Source: the human T2T-CHM13v2.0 reference genome, Homo sapiens. Taken from it: DNA of 64,000 nt. Location of the stretch: assembly GCF_009914755.1 (NCBI RefSeq), contig NC_060926.1; one strand, given 5' to 3'. A program made the translations under genes and the position numbers. Positions 29,445-42,429 of this stretch are shown piece by piece. Within the stretch, counting starts at the first letter, position 1. Every line of letters begins with the position of its first letter. Under the pieces are notes generated by a model. The model was not told where the DNA came from, made no database searches, and worked only from the letters and a program-made list of their open reading frames with translations.

Positions 29445-30290
29445 CTTCATTCAACAAACATTTCTTGAGCAGTTATGTATCAGGTATTATTTTAGATGCT
29501 GAGACGATAGCAGTTAATAAAACAGGCAAAAACCCCTGGCTTCACAGAACTCATATTCTAGTGAGGAAAGTCAGACATCAAACATAATAAATAAGTAAAT
29601 GAAATATTTTAGATAGCAGTAAGTCCTTGAAAAAGAATAAAACTAGAAAGAAGATAAAGCAATTGGGGCATGATGTCAGTTCTAAATGGGGTGAAGAGGA
29701 CAGATGTCAATAGGACGGTGATAATTGAGCGGAGGCCTGAAGGAAGGGAGGGAGCAAGTCATGAGGATATCTGGGAAAATTCTTCCATCCAGCAGGATCA
29801 ACAGAAGAAATGCCTATGATGGGAAAATGCTTGATTGTTTGAGGACTAGCAAGGAGGCTAGTGTGGCTGAACCAGATTGAGCAAAGCAGAACAATACTAA
29901 CAGATGAGGTCAAAAAGTCTTCCAGGAGCCGGATAATATAGGATCATGATGGTCAGTAAGGCAGGTCGGAGCCATTGAAGGGGTTTTAGCAAATGAGTGG
30001 CATATTCTCATGTGCCTTACCAGGATCATTATTGCTGTTCTGTTGATAATAGGTAGGAGGAGTAACAAAAGGTTAAAAAGAGAGGTCAATAAGGAGGCTA
30101 TTGCATTGATCCAGGGAGACAATGGTGGCAACGGAGGTGACAAGGCCTAGTGAGGATTGATTTTGAAGGTAGAGCCAATATGATTTGCCAAAAGATTTGG
30201 AGATGAGAAGAAAGAACAGAAGGGGAGGTAAAAATGATTGCAAGAACTTTGGCCTGAGTAGCTGAAAATATGAAGTAGAGATAAGGAAAA
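29445..30290 (-). mobile_element. L2 3' fragment
   Basis: TTCATTCAACAAACATTT tail motif, AGCAAGGAGGCTAGTGTGGCTG and TTTTGAAGGTAGAGCCAA. Confidence 0.8.
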
Positions 30291-31623
30291 TGCGTTAGGC
30301 AGATTCTGCTTCCTGTTTTCAGGGCATATTTTCATGTGTGGAGGGCATGGAAGTATCAATTTGCCAGCCTTGTTAAAGTGTCGTGGGCAGAACAGTGTGT
30401 ATTTCTTCCTGGCTCAAAATTAATTTCTTTTTATTTTAAGTTATGCTTCTTTGGGCTAGTTTTATAAGTTGGAATTGATTTTTCGATATGCAGTACTGAT
30501 TTAGCATATGTTACCCAAGAGTGCCTAACTCACTACATTTCCATTACAAGGCTGAGCGGGGTCAAACCACAAAGGGCTGATCTGATTCAAATGATGAAGA
30601 GAATGATAACTCAGAATTGTTTAAAGTTGATTTCACTATGGCTAACTGCCAAACCAGCAAACAAGTGGGCAAAAGTCAGAAAGTAAGTATACATGTAAGT
30701 AGACATAGCTCCCTTGTGCTTCTCTAAATTTTAGCAGTCCAGAGTTTGGTGGTTGATGTAACACACAAAGCTTAAAATTTGAGGGACCAGAGAAGAAACC
30801 AGAATCCATTAACTTTTTTGCTATTAGACTGGGGGAGGAGCAAAATCACAACTCAAGGGCCTACATAGTACTAAATTAGTCAATTCCTACAGAGTCACAG
30901 TTCCATTATTTTACATTGTGTTTCCCGCTGTCATGAGGCAAATAGAGGCCTGAGTGAGTGGCTTCCTCCTAAATAGTGGCCATTCAGGGAAATTAAGCCC
31001 ATATCGTTAATCACCTAAATTAGTATAAGACTAGGATAAAAGAGGCTATTATATGTCATAATTCATTTTAAGCTCTCCAAATTCATGAATTTGCATGAAT
31101 AACTCCCTAACATGCCATATTTTGGTATCACTAGATATCCAGGGCCTGAAAGGGTCAGCTGATTTATCTAGTATCTGTAATATCATTTTAGGAACATAAC
31201 TATTTCTGAGAAATATCTGGCAAATCTAAATGCAAGGCTAAAACAAATTTTACTTTTTTAAAAGTAAGAACCTTCTATTATTAGGATTGCATTACTCCCA
31301 TGTGTATCTCACATAGCAGAACTCTAGCCATGATGGAACTCTGTGTACATATTTAGGGCTAAAAATAGTTTTTATTCAAGCTTTACATTTCATCTCTAAA
31401 ATCTACTGGCACCATGTTGTTTACATCATGATATCCATCTTTGTCCTGTCAGCACTATTAATGAAACTCACTGGCTAAGGTAGAGGGAAAAGAGAGCACG
31501 GGGAGAGCCTTCCAGGCTCCACCAGGGTGATAATCTTTAACCACTATGCATATCAACTATTTATTAAAACACTCTTACAATGTGCTAGGAACTTTGTAAG
31601 TACAATTAGTGTAATCCCTACAA

Positions 31624-31842
31624 CAAGCTTGTCCAACCCTTGGCCCACAGGCCGCATATGGCCCAGGACAGTTTTGAATGCAGCTCAACACAAATTCATA
31701 AACTTTCTTAAAACATTACATTATGAGGATTTTTTTTTTTCTAGCTCATCAGCTGTTGTCAGTGTTAGTGTATTGTATGTGTGGCCCAAGACAATTCTTC
31801 TTCCAGTGTGGCCCACGGAAGTCAAAAGATTGGACACCCCTG
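31624..31842. mobile_element. MER30 (hAT-Charlie) inserted in a MIR
   Basis: Termini CAAGCTTGTCCAACCC...AAAAGATTGGACACCCCTG with 8-bp TSD CCCTACAA/CTATACAA. MIR sequence on both sides (~31540-32000). Confidence 0.88.
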
Positions 31843-32507
31843 CTATACAAAAAAATTCTCTAATTATTTCTATTTTGCAGATGGAGAAACCAAGCTAAAG
31901 AAAGTTTCAGTAATATGAATAAGATCACATATATAGCAGTGGAGCCAGGATTCAAACCCAGGCCACTTAGCTCCGGAGACTGTGCTTTCAATCACTACAC
32001 TGTGTGAGTCTACTCTTAGTCCCTATTAATCTCAATTTCTCGTGGAAAGTGACATGAAAAAAAATGATTAAGCAAAAGAGAAATATACTATCTTAGATTA
32101 AAGGAGACCAAGACTTTGTTATCAAGGCAAAGTCATTCATTTATTATTGCTTTATAAATGAAGTTCTTTATTTTATACCATAGAATCAGAGAATCAACTA
32201 GCTGTCACATTCACATATCAAACTATTTCTAAAAGAGTTGTATATGGTTCTTAGAGAAATTTAAAATGTTGAAGAGCCAAACATAGTCTAACACTGCTTC
32301 AATATATTAATTTATGATCATTTACTCTATGAAGTTATTTCATATTCAAGAGTTTCCCATAGAAGATAGTGTTAACCTTGTCACAACCAAGTTATACTAC
32401 ATTATTTCTTTCAAAACTCCACCACTTTTCATCTTATTTTTTTCTTCCATGGGTTGCTTCTGGTATTTCAAACATATATTTTAAACAACAAAGAAAAATA
32501 GAAGAAA

Positions 32508-32833
32508 GGCCAAGTGCTATCTATGGCTCATGCCTATAGTCCCAACACTTTGGAAGGCTTAGGCAGGTGGATTGCTTAAGCCTAGGAGTTTGAGACTAGC
32601 CTGGGCAACATGGCAAAAACCCATCTCTACAAAAAATACAAAAATTAGCCAGGCATGGTGGCACACACCTGTAGTCCCAGCTACTAAGGAGGCAGAGGGA
32701 GGAGGATCGCTTGAGCCTAGGAGATTGAGGCTGCAGTGAACCACGAGCATGTCCACTGCACTCCAACCTACACAGCAGAGCGAGACCCTGTCTCAAAAAC
32801 AAAAAAAAAGAAGAAAAAAAGAAGAAAAAAAAA
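32508..32833 (+). mobile_element. AluJ
   Basis: J-type diagnostics (GGATTGCTT, CCTGGGCAACATGG, GAGGCTGCAGTGA, GAGACCCTGTCTC). Confidence 0.9.
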
Positions 32834-34649
32834 GATTTGCCCAGCTAAATATACTTAAAGCAAGTAAAACAAATAGAACTCTTTTTTCTTTTGTTTTTAT
32901 AATTACTAAACACCTAACATCATGGAGATTCTATGTTAAATGCTATGTTACCCTGATGTAGATTCAATTCACTGATACAGTTTAAGTACTGTAGAACTAG
33001 TATATATTTACTTATAGGTGATTCTATACAGCCTAACATTTTCTGGGCTCAATTTTCTGCATAATTCAGACTGTTTGCTTTGTTTTACATAAGATATCTT
33101 ATTTTGTTAATAGTCAGAAGAATATATGGATAATATCTGAGTACTATTTGAGAAAATAAAGCTAATAGCAAGCTATAATGTATTAACTTTACCTTATACT
33201 TCATATTGCTTAATGTGTCCATTCTGAGATTTGTTGCCTTAAAAGGATAAAATTTATTCAGAAAGATGTTGCACTATGTTTTTTATAGGTTTTCACTTTT
33301 TAAATAAACAAAGTCTAAGTTTTTGTCTGGCAAGCACTGTGGTTTGAATGTATGCCTATATTATCTAAATTAATACTCACACCAACCCTGTTAAATAAGT
33401 ATTGTCTCAAATTTTCAGATGAGAAAAATTCTAATTCAAATATTTGAAGTCATTGCTCAGAACAACAAATCTTAATAACTAATTCCTGATTTAGACCCAT
33501 ATTCAAACTCCGAATCAGGAGTCCTTTCCACCAGCCATATTTGACCATTGGCTTGAACTTATAAAATGTTGTATTTCATATACAAACAATTCCAGTCAAT
33601 AAATGACACATAAACTATAAAATTTTAGGTAAATATGTTAAGAGTGTCTAGTCCACAAACATTAAGCTAGGCGTATTAAATATTTGCGATTGATGAATTC
33701 TAACATACAGTTTAGAATCAAAGTGAAACAATTACTCACATAGATTTTAAGTATTACAAATAGAATTAAATATTTTTTCCAGTCTCTACTAGATATCTAG
33801 ATAATGGCCATTTACATCACTTAAAGCTGTTCATTTTAAATACAATTGAATGTCACAGATACAGCAACATTAGGAAGCACCATCCTTGACATAAATAATA
33901 GATTTGAATAATATATACTAATGATAATTATCACCCAATGTGGCACAGCACCTCAATAATGTGTTTCTAAGCTTCCATCCTTTGTGTGTTGCTTTATTGT
34001 CCCATGGTCCCAGGTGGCTGTCGTAGTTCCAGGCTATGCCCACAGAAGGAACAACAGGGAAATTTCAAGGAATGCTAGAGATATTGTTTCTTTTATCAGG
34101 AAATCAAAAGCTTTCTTAGAAGACATCAGCAGAATTCTTACTTTATCTGGCCAGAACAATCATGTGCTCTCCTACTCCCAACTGCAAGAAAGCTAGGGGC
34201 AGGGGATGGGGAAATGAGCATTTAACTTTTTCAACTTCTATTGTTAAGACAACAAAGGAAGATGGAGTTGGAAAATACACTTGGGCTAGCCCATCAAGGG
34301 TGTCTAGTGCAATATTATTTGTCCCATTTAACAGATGAAGACAAAAATAATGATTTATCTCGAAGAATTAAAATAAAGTAGGCAAGGTAATAACGTTTTT
34401 AGAAATTCTGAATTCATCATTGAGCAAAGAAGCATATCCTCCTAATCCAAAGAAAAAACAGTGGGGTCAGGAAAGTTGAAGATAAGGACAGGGTCTAAGG
34501 GTCAGAGGTAATAGAGCAGGACTATCTGGAGCCTATGAAAACTTAAAGAGCAGGTCCATGAAGTTATATTCCTAATAGCAGCCAGTGGGCTTCTAGCTTT
34601 TGACAGGACATTTGAATTTGAAGGCAAGGTTTCACTCTATCTGACAAGG

Positions 34650-35022
34650 CGTGTTAGTTCATTTTCACATTTCTATAAAGAACTACCTGAGACTGGGTAA
34701 TTTATGAGGAAAAGAAGTTTAATTGTCTCACAATTCCTTATGGCTGGGGAAGCCTCAGGAAACTTACCAATCATGAGAAAGTGAAGGGAAAGCAAGGCAC
34801 GTCTTACATGATGGCAGGAAAAAGAAGCCAGGGGAGGTGGAGGGGACTTCCATGCACTTTTAAACCATCAGATCTCATAAGAACTCATTCACTGTCCTGA
34901 GAAAAGCATGGGGGAGACCGCCCCCCATGATCCAATCACCTCCCACCAGGTCCCTCCCTCAATACATGGGGATTACAGTTCGAGATGAAATTTGGGTGGG
35001 AACACAGACCCAAACCATATCA
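34650..35022 (-). mobile_element. THE1 (THE1D-like) MaLR solo LTR
   Basis: CCTGAGACTGGGTAATTTAT, GCCTCAGGAAACTTAC, ..CAAACCATATCA, with 5-bp TSD CAAGG/CAAGA. Confidence 0.88.
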
Positions 35023-36364
35023 CAAGACTATTTAAATTTAAAAGACCCCTTTTAGTTTTTGCCCGACCATCACCAACATTACTAGTAGTATTGTTTAGTG
35101 AAGATAAAAAATAACTTGGACACAATGGCAGATACAAATATTCAGCATTTTGAAAAAGAAGTAGAACCTTCTGCCTGGGAAAGCTGAATTGCAAACTCAA
35201 TTAGTTTATTTTCAGTGTTTTATGCAGTGGAAACAAACAATAAGAAGAAAAACAACTATATACAACTTTCAATTCCATATGGTACACTGAGCCCATACTC
35301 TTTCCTTCTCCTTTCTCTGAAAATCCTATGAAGATGATAGAAAGATAAAATAGGCACATTTCCCAAAGTTTGTACATTGAACAACCTTTGGAATTACTTT
35401 CAAAGTAAATTGGAGAACTGCTGGGCTGGAAAAAAGAGTGCTCTTAATTTGAAAATTGGGCCAAGCAGAGAAGTGGGGCAGTGTTCTCAAGAACACTTGG
35501 TGTCCTCAACAGATATTAAAGAAAATAAACAAAAGTCAGTAGGCTTGGCTCAGCATAGTAATGAAATTTCCTAAAGCACTTTACCTTCAAGTTATGGAAT
35601 TGTCTATATGCTCCATCTCGGGAATTCACCAGTGTGTCAATTTGTTTCCTTCCCACACAACCTTAATGGAAGCCTGAATATTGGCAAGACTTCATTTGTA
35701 GCCACAGAGCTCTGCATTCGTCAGTCAGGATTAGGATTTTCCTACTAAGGAAAATCCAAACCAACTATCATAATGGCTAAGAAATCCCACAGTGGCTGTC
35801 AGTACTCACCAAACCAGTCTTTTACTTACAAATAGGATTATACCACCATGAATTATCAGACATTTGGGGAAAGACAACAGTCTGAAAAGGCAGAACTGTA
35901 CTAACTACTCATTTAGAGAAGCAAGACAAATAACCATCATGGAAATAGAGAAAACAGAATTAAACCTTGAAAAAATAAATATTATCTGAAGAATTCTAGA
36001 GAATATTACAAGCATTAAATAAAAACAGGGACCTATTAAAAATGGCATGAAAAAAGGATTTTAGGAAGATAAAACATGGTAAAACAAGAAAAAGTTTACA
36101 GCAGAACTGAATGGTAAAATGCCCCCATTATTTAAAACCTAATTAGGAATTTGGAAAGCCACAGAATGCTTCCAGAACATATTGCAAAACATCAAAGCAA
36201 AAGGAAATTTTCTGAGAAAGGTTAAGATATAATGCAATTAGGAAATTCAACATCTATTTAATAGAAATTGGAAAATAGAAAAATAAATGTATAATAGAAG
36301 AAAATTTGAGCTGAAGATAAACTCAAGTTGGTTATTTGTACCTCAAAAAATTTATTGTTTCTAT

Positions 36365-38871
36365 TTTTTTAATTATACTTTCAGTTCTGGGATACATGTG
36401 CAGAATGTGCAGGTTTGTTACACGGGTATACACATGCCATGGTGGTTTGCTGCACCCAAAACCTGTCATCTACGAGTGAGAACTTGCGGTGTTTGGTTTT
36501 CTGTTTTTGTGTTAGTTTGCTAAGAATGATGGTTTCCAACTTCATCCATGAACTCATCCTTTTTTATGGCTGCATAGTATTCCATGGTGTTTATGTGCCA
36601 CATTTTCTTTATCCAGTCTATCTTGATGGGCATTTGGGTTGGTTCCAAGTCTTTGCTATTGTGAATAGTGCTTCAATAAACATACGTGTGCATGTGTATC
36701 TATAGTAGAATGATTTACAATCCTTTGGGTATATACCCAGTAATGGAATTGCTGGGTCAAATGGTATTTCTGGTTCTAGATCCTTGAGGAATCGCCACAC
36801 TGTCTTCCACAATGGTTGAACTAGTTTACACTCCCACCAACAGTGTAAAAGCATTCCTATTTCTCCACATCCTTTCCAGCATCTGTTGTTTTATGACTGC
36901 CATTCTAACTGGCATGAGATGGTATCTCACTGTGGTTGTTATTTGCATTTCTGTAATGACCAGTGATGATGAGCTTCTTTTCATATGTTTGTTGGCCGCA
37001 TAAATGTCTCATTTTGAGAAGTGTCTATTTATATCCTTCACCCACTTTTTGATAGAGTTGCTTTTTTTTCTTGTAAATTTGTTTAAGTTCCTTGTAGAAT
37101 CTGGATATTAGCCCTTTCTCACATGGATAGACTGCAAACATTTTCTCCCATTCTGTAGGTGGCCTGTTCCCTCTGAGGATAGTTTCTTTTGCTCGTTTGT
37201 CAATTTTGGCTTCTGTTGCCATTACTTTTGGTGTTTTAATCTTGAAGTCTTTGCCCATGCCTATGTCCTGAATGGTGTTGCCTAGGTTTTCTTCTAGGGT
37301 TTTTATTGTTTTAGGTCTTATGTATAAGTCTTTAATCCATCTTGAGTTAATTTTTGTATAAGGTGTAAGGAAGGGGTCCAGTTTCAGTTTTCTGCATATG
37401 GCTAGTTTTCCCAACACCATTTATTAAATAGGGAATCCTTTCTCCATTGCTTGTTTTTGTCAGGTTTGTCAAAGATCAGATGGTTGTAGATGTGTGGTGT
37501 TATTTCTGAGGCCTCTGTTCTGTTCCAGTGGTCTATCTGTTTTGGTACCAGTACCATGCTGTTATTGTTACTGTAACCTTTTGGTATAGTTTGAAGTTAG
37601 GTAGTGTAATGCCTCCCGCTTTGTTCTTTTTGCTTAGGATTGTCTTGGCTATACTGGCTCTTTTTTTGGTTCCATATGAAATTTAAAGTAGTTTTTTCTA
37701 ATTCTGTGAAGAAAGTCAATGGTAGCTTGATGGGGTTAGCATTGAATCTATAAATTACTTTGGGCACTATGTCAATTTTCACGATATCGATTCTTCCTAT
37801 CCATGAGCATGGAATGTTTTTCCATTTGTTTTTTTCCTCTCTTGTTTCCTGGAGCAGTGGTTTGTAGTTCTCCCTGAAGATGTCCAAGTTGTATTCCTAA
37901 GTATTTTATTCTCTTTGTAGCAGTTGTGAATGGGAGTTCACTCATGATTTGGCTCTCTGTCTAATATTGGAGTACAGGACTGCTTGTGATTTCTGCAAAT
38001 TGATTTTATATTGTGAGACTTTACTGAAGGTGCTTATCAGCTTAAGGAGATTTTTGGCCTGAGACAATAGGGTTTTCTAAATATACAATCATGTCATCTG
38101 CAAACAGAGAAAATGTGACTTCCTCTTTTCCTATTTGAATACCCTTTATTTCTTTCTCTTGCCTGATTGCCCTGGCCAGAACTATGGCCAATACTATGTT
38201 GAATAGGAGTGTTGAGAGAGGGCATACTTGTCTTGTGCAGGTTTTCAAAGGGAGTGCTTTCAGCTTTTGCCCATTCAGTATGATATTGGCTGTGGGTTTG
38301 TCATAAATAGCTCTTATTATTTTGAGATATGTTCCATCGATACCTAGTTTATTGAGAGCTTTTAGCATGAAGGGGTGTTCAATTTTATTGAAGGCCTTTT
38401 CTGCATCTATTGAGATATCATGTGTTTTTTGTCGTTGGCTCTGTTTATGTGATGGATTATGTTTATTGATTTGCATATGTTGAACCAACCTTACATCCCA
38501 GGGATGAAGCCGACTTGATCATGGTGGATAAGCGTCTTGATGTGCTGCTGGATTCAGTTTGCCAGTATTTTATTGAGGATTTTCATATCGATGTTCATCA
38601 TGGATATTGACCTGAATTTTTTTTGTTATGTTTCTGCCAGGTTTTGGTATCAGGATGATGCTGGCCTCATAAAATGAGTTGGGGAGGAATCCCTCTTTTT
38701 CTGTTGTTTGGAATAGTTTCAGAAGGAATGGTATCAGCTCCTCTTTATACCTCTGGTAGAATTCGGCTATGAATCTGTCCAGTCCTGGCCTTTTTTTGGT
38801 TGGTAGGGTATTAATTACTGCCTCAATTTCAGAACATGTTATTGGTCTATTCAGGGATTCAATTTCTTCCT
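36365..38871 (-). mobile_element. L1PA7-like 5'-truncated element with many internal deletions
   Basis: L1PA7-type 3'UTR and ORF2 peptides (38042..38488, 37597..37887, 37025..37420). Confidence 0.92.
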
Positions 38872-40264
38872 AAGTTCCTATTAATAGTTGAACATGGTAC
38901 TGGCATTGAGCACTATTTTGATTTTGAAGAACTGTGCAAGTGCTAGAAGCTAGTATTAAAAAAAAAACACACCTGGATACATCTTAGGGAAATCTTTGAA
39001 CTCTAAAAAAAAAAAAACAAAAATTATGCTTGCTTTGGAGAAGAAAAGGCAATAGAGTAGAACAAATATCAATATTTGGTGGGGAGAGAGGAATGGACAA
39101 ATATCTATAGGGGACTAAAGGAAAAGGATTCTAAACATAAAATTCTTTGCCCAAAGAAACTATCTTTCAAGTATGAAGAGAAAATTAAGATGATTTCCAA
39201 CATGCAAAGACAAAGAAAATATTCTACCTGCCCTGCTTAGGATTATTTTAGGTGCAAGTGAAATAAATCTAATTCAAACAAGTTTAAACAAAAGAGAGAC
39301 TCTATTGGCTCATAAAACAGGGAAGGAAAAGATGGGTGGGCCTCAGGCATGATCGCACCAGGGTCTCAACAATTATCATCAACTCTCTCTCTTTCAGAAT
39401 TTTTCTCTTTCCCAATGAGTATCTTTCATCCTTATCACAGGAGATAGGGAAAACTTGGTTCAAACTACTCTGATTTAACACATTCCACTAATAAAAACAG
39501 AAGAATTATATCAGTACATATAAGTCCCCTGAAAAGATTCTGATATAACTTGAATCATACATCTAATTATTGAAAAAAAAGAAAAAAGAAAGAAATCCTT
39601 GTGATCAGAGTGATGTTGTACTATGATTGGCCAGACATAGATCAGCTACCCATATCTGTGGTCACAGGCATAGGATACTGTAACTACCAGCTCTACTGGG
39701 GTCATTTCAAAGGAATAGTGTTGAAGAAGAAATTTTCTAAAGGAAAGTGTGTTACTGAGAGAAGGTAGAAGAAATACTAGGAGCTAAGATAGCAGTAATG
39801 CATTATCACTTTTTTATTTTTTTCTGGAAAAAAATTTAGAGAATATATTTCTTCATAATGAAAAAGCAGAAGCAGAATAAATATTGAGAGAAAAAAAAAC
39901 ACAATGGTGAGAAAAGGAACAAGCAAAATGTACAGTTCCATTCAAAAAAAGTATCGACAATGCACATGAAGTATAATGAAATGTGTATATTTACTTAGTT
40001 GTTAAGAAATGAGTTCTAAAAACAAAAGAGGCATTTTTTTAAACTCTGAAGAATTTCAGATGATTCAAGACTGTAGTAGAGGGGGAAGAAGAATATCAAG
40101 AGCAAAAAAAAAAGATGTCCTAACAGTCTCATCTTATTTGAGTGGATAAGAGAGAGGAAGTTTTATATATACTGTTTAATTATCTATGTTAATAAAATAT
40201 ATGTTGAAATTTTAAATGCATCCAATTATTTAAAACCTAATTAGGGATTTGGGTTAGCACTAAA

Positions 40265-40445
40265 ATAGTGATCCTCAACACTGGCTGTACATCTTAATCA
40301 TCTATGATGTTTTATTAAAATGCAAATGCTTGGGCCCCAACCAGAAAGATTTTAATTCAGTAAATTTGGTCTTTGAGCTCAGAAGAAGCATTTTTTTTAA
40401 AGTCTACATGTGATTCTGATGGGTTACTACAATTGAGAACCACTG
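40265..40445. mobile_element. MER5-like MITE
   Basis: TAGTGATCCTCAAC...TGTGATTCTGATG...TTGAGAACCACTG. Confidence 0.65.
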
Positions 40446-41369
40446 TACTAATAGAAGTAACATTTAGAATTTCTAAAATACTAGAAGGGAAAGAAAATTG
40501 GAAAAATTATCATCCAGGACAAGTCAGAAAATGGGTTAAATATAGGCAAATCAAAAATCATAATATAAGGAAGAGATAAGATCACAAAAAAGAGAAAGCG
40601 TATAAGTGAATACAGTAAATACAACTGAATTTCCCCTATTCTAAAAAGATCCTCACATATGATTTTTAAAAATAAATATAGAAGTTCACTTTTTTATTAT
40701 TCTTTTTATCCTAAAAACATTTTTTAAGAAATGATAGAATGGGATTGAAAATAATAGAAATATCAAGATATTTCTGTCAAATAATATCACATTTATATCA
40801 AGAGTGGCAATGTTAATATCAAAACAGAATGAAGGGCAAAATCATCAATGTAACAAAAAAGAAAATTTTATATTGAAAAAAGATAAACACACAAATAAAT
40901 TTTAACAGCCATAAACCTTTATTCACCAAACAACACATGAGCAAAATATATAATGGAAAAAAAAGTTTGATCCAAGGAGGTTTAACAAAGATTGGATCAT
41001 GTGGAAATTTTATTATACCTCTTTTAGAAACTAAAATAAAGAGAAATGTAATTCTATAATGACCATGCTAGATTTATTATTAGACACAACTTTATACCCA
41101 ATGTCTAAAATAATACATTATTTCCAAATGTCTATGACATATTTACAAAGATTAATCATGTAATAGCCCACAAAGTATATCTCAATGTATTATAAAATGT
41201 AGTGATAGTATAGGCCACATTGTCTGTCCATGAAGCAATACATCTGTAAATTAACATAACAGGAATGCCATTAACATCTTTCCAAGCTTGCAAGCTCAGC
41301 AACAACACCTAAGATTAGTGAGAAGATATGCTCCTCCAGCACCCCACCAGGCCCTGACACCCTATTCTT

Positions 41370-42145
41370 TTTATTTATTTATTTATTATACTTTAAGTTT
41401 TAGGGTACATGTGCACAATGTGCCAGTTGGTTACATATGTATACATGTGCCGTGTTGGTGTGCTGCACCCATTAACTCGTCATTTAGCATTAGGTATATC
41501 TCCTAATGCTATCCCTCCCCCCTCCCCCCACCCCACAACAGTCCCCAGAGTGTGATGTTCCCCTTCCTGTGTCGATGTGTTCTCATTGTTCAATTCCCAT
41601 CTATGAGTGAGAACATGCGGCATTTGGTTTTTTGTCCTTGCGATAGTTTACTGAGAATGATGGTTTCCAGCTTCATCCATGTCCCTACAAAGGACATGAA
41701 CTCATCAGTTTTTATGGCTGCATAGCATTCCATGGTGTATATGTGCCACATTTTCTTAATCCAGTCTATCATTGTTGGACATTTGGGTTGGTTCCAAGTC
41801 TTTGCTGTTGTGAATAATGCCGCAATAAACATACATGTGCATGTGTCTTTATAGCAGCATGATTTATAGTCCTTTGGGTATATACCCAGTAATGGGATGG
41901 CTGGGTCAAATGGTATTTCTAGTTCTAGATCCCTGAGGAATCGCCACACTGACTTCCACAATGGTTGAACTAGTTTACAGTTCCACCAACAGTGTAAAAG
42001 TGGTCCTATTTCTCCACATCCTCTCCAGCACCTGTTGTTTCCTGACTTTTTAATGATTGCCATTCTAACTGGTGTGAGATAGTATCTCATTGTGGTTTTG
42101 ATTTGCATTTCTCTGATGGCCAGTGATGATGACCATTTTTTCATG
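41370..42145 (-). mobile_element. L1PA3-like 5'-truncated element
   Basis: Near-consensus ORF2 C-terminus and 3'UTR. Perfect 17-bp TSD CCTGACACCCTATTCTT at 41353-41369 and 42146-42162. Confidence 0.95.
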
Positions 42146-42429
42146 CCTGACACCCTATTCTTGATATTTATGGGGTCTTCAGAAAGAAGAAAGTGTGAAT
42201 ATGGGATATGAGATGGAGCAAAGAATTCTTGAACATGGAGAGTCTCACTCCTGTGAGGTGCAGATGCACTGCCCCAAAAGCTAGTGGGAAGAGTAGTCAG
42301 GGTAATTCCTAACATAAATTTCTCAAGGAAACTGGGCATTATGCAGGTCATTCTAAGAATGTCTACCATTCTGTGTATGACATTATTGATGAGAAAATGA
42401 CATATAACTTATTTATTAATTTACTAGGT

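Noticed and set aside
35300-41270. A-rich sequence flanking the L1PA7-like copy as unique or novel DNA
   Set aside because: It looks like very old L1M/HAL1 and MLT1 debris. I could not place boundaries well enough to list it.
41590-42369. 259-aa ORF fusing unique sequence to the L1 ORF2 C-terminus
   Set aside because: Chance in-frame read-through from flank into a truncated L1PA3, with no promoter or splice evidence.
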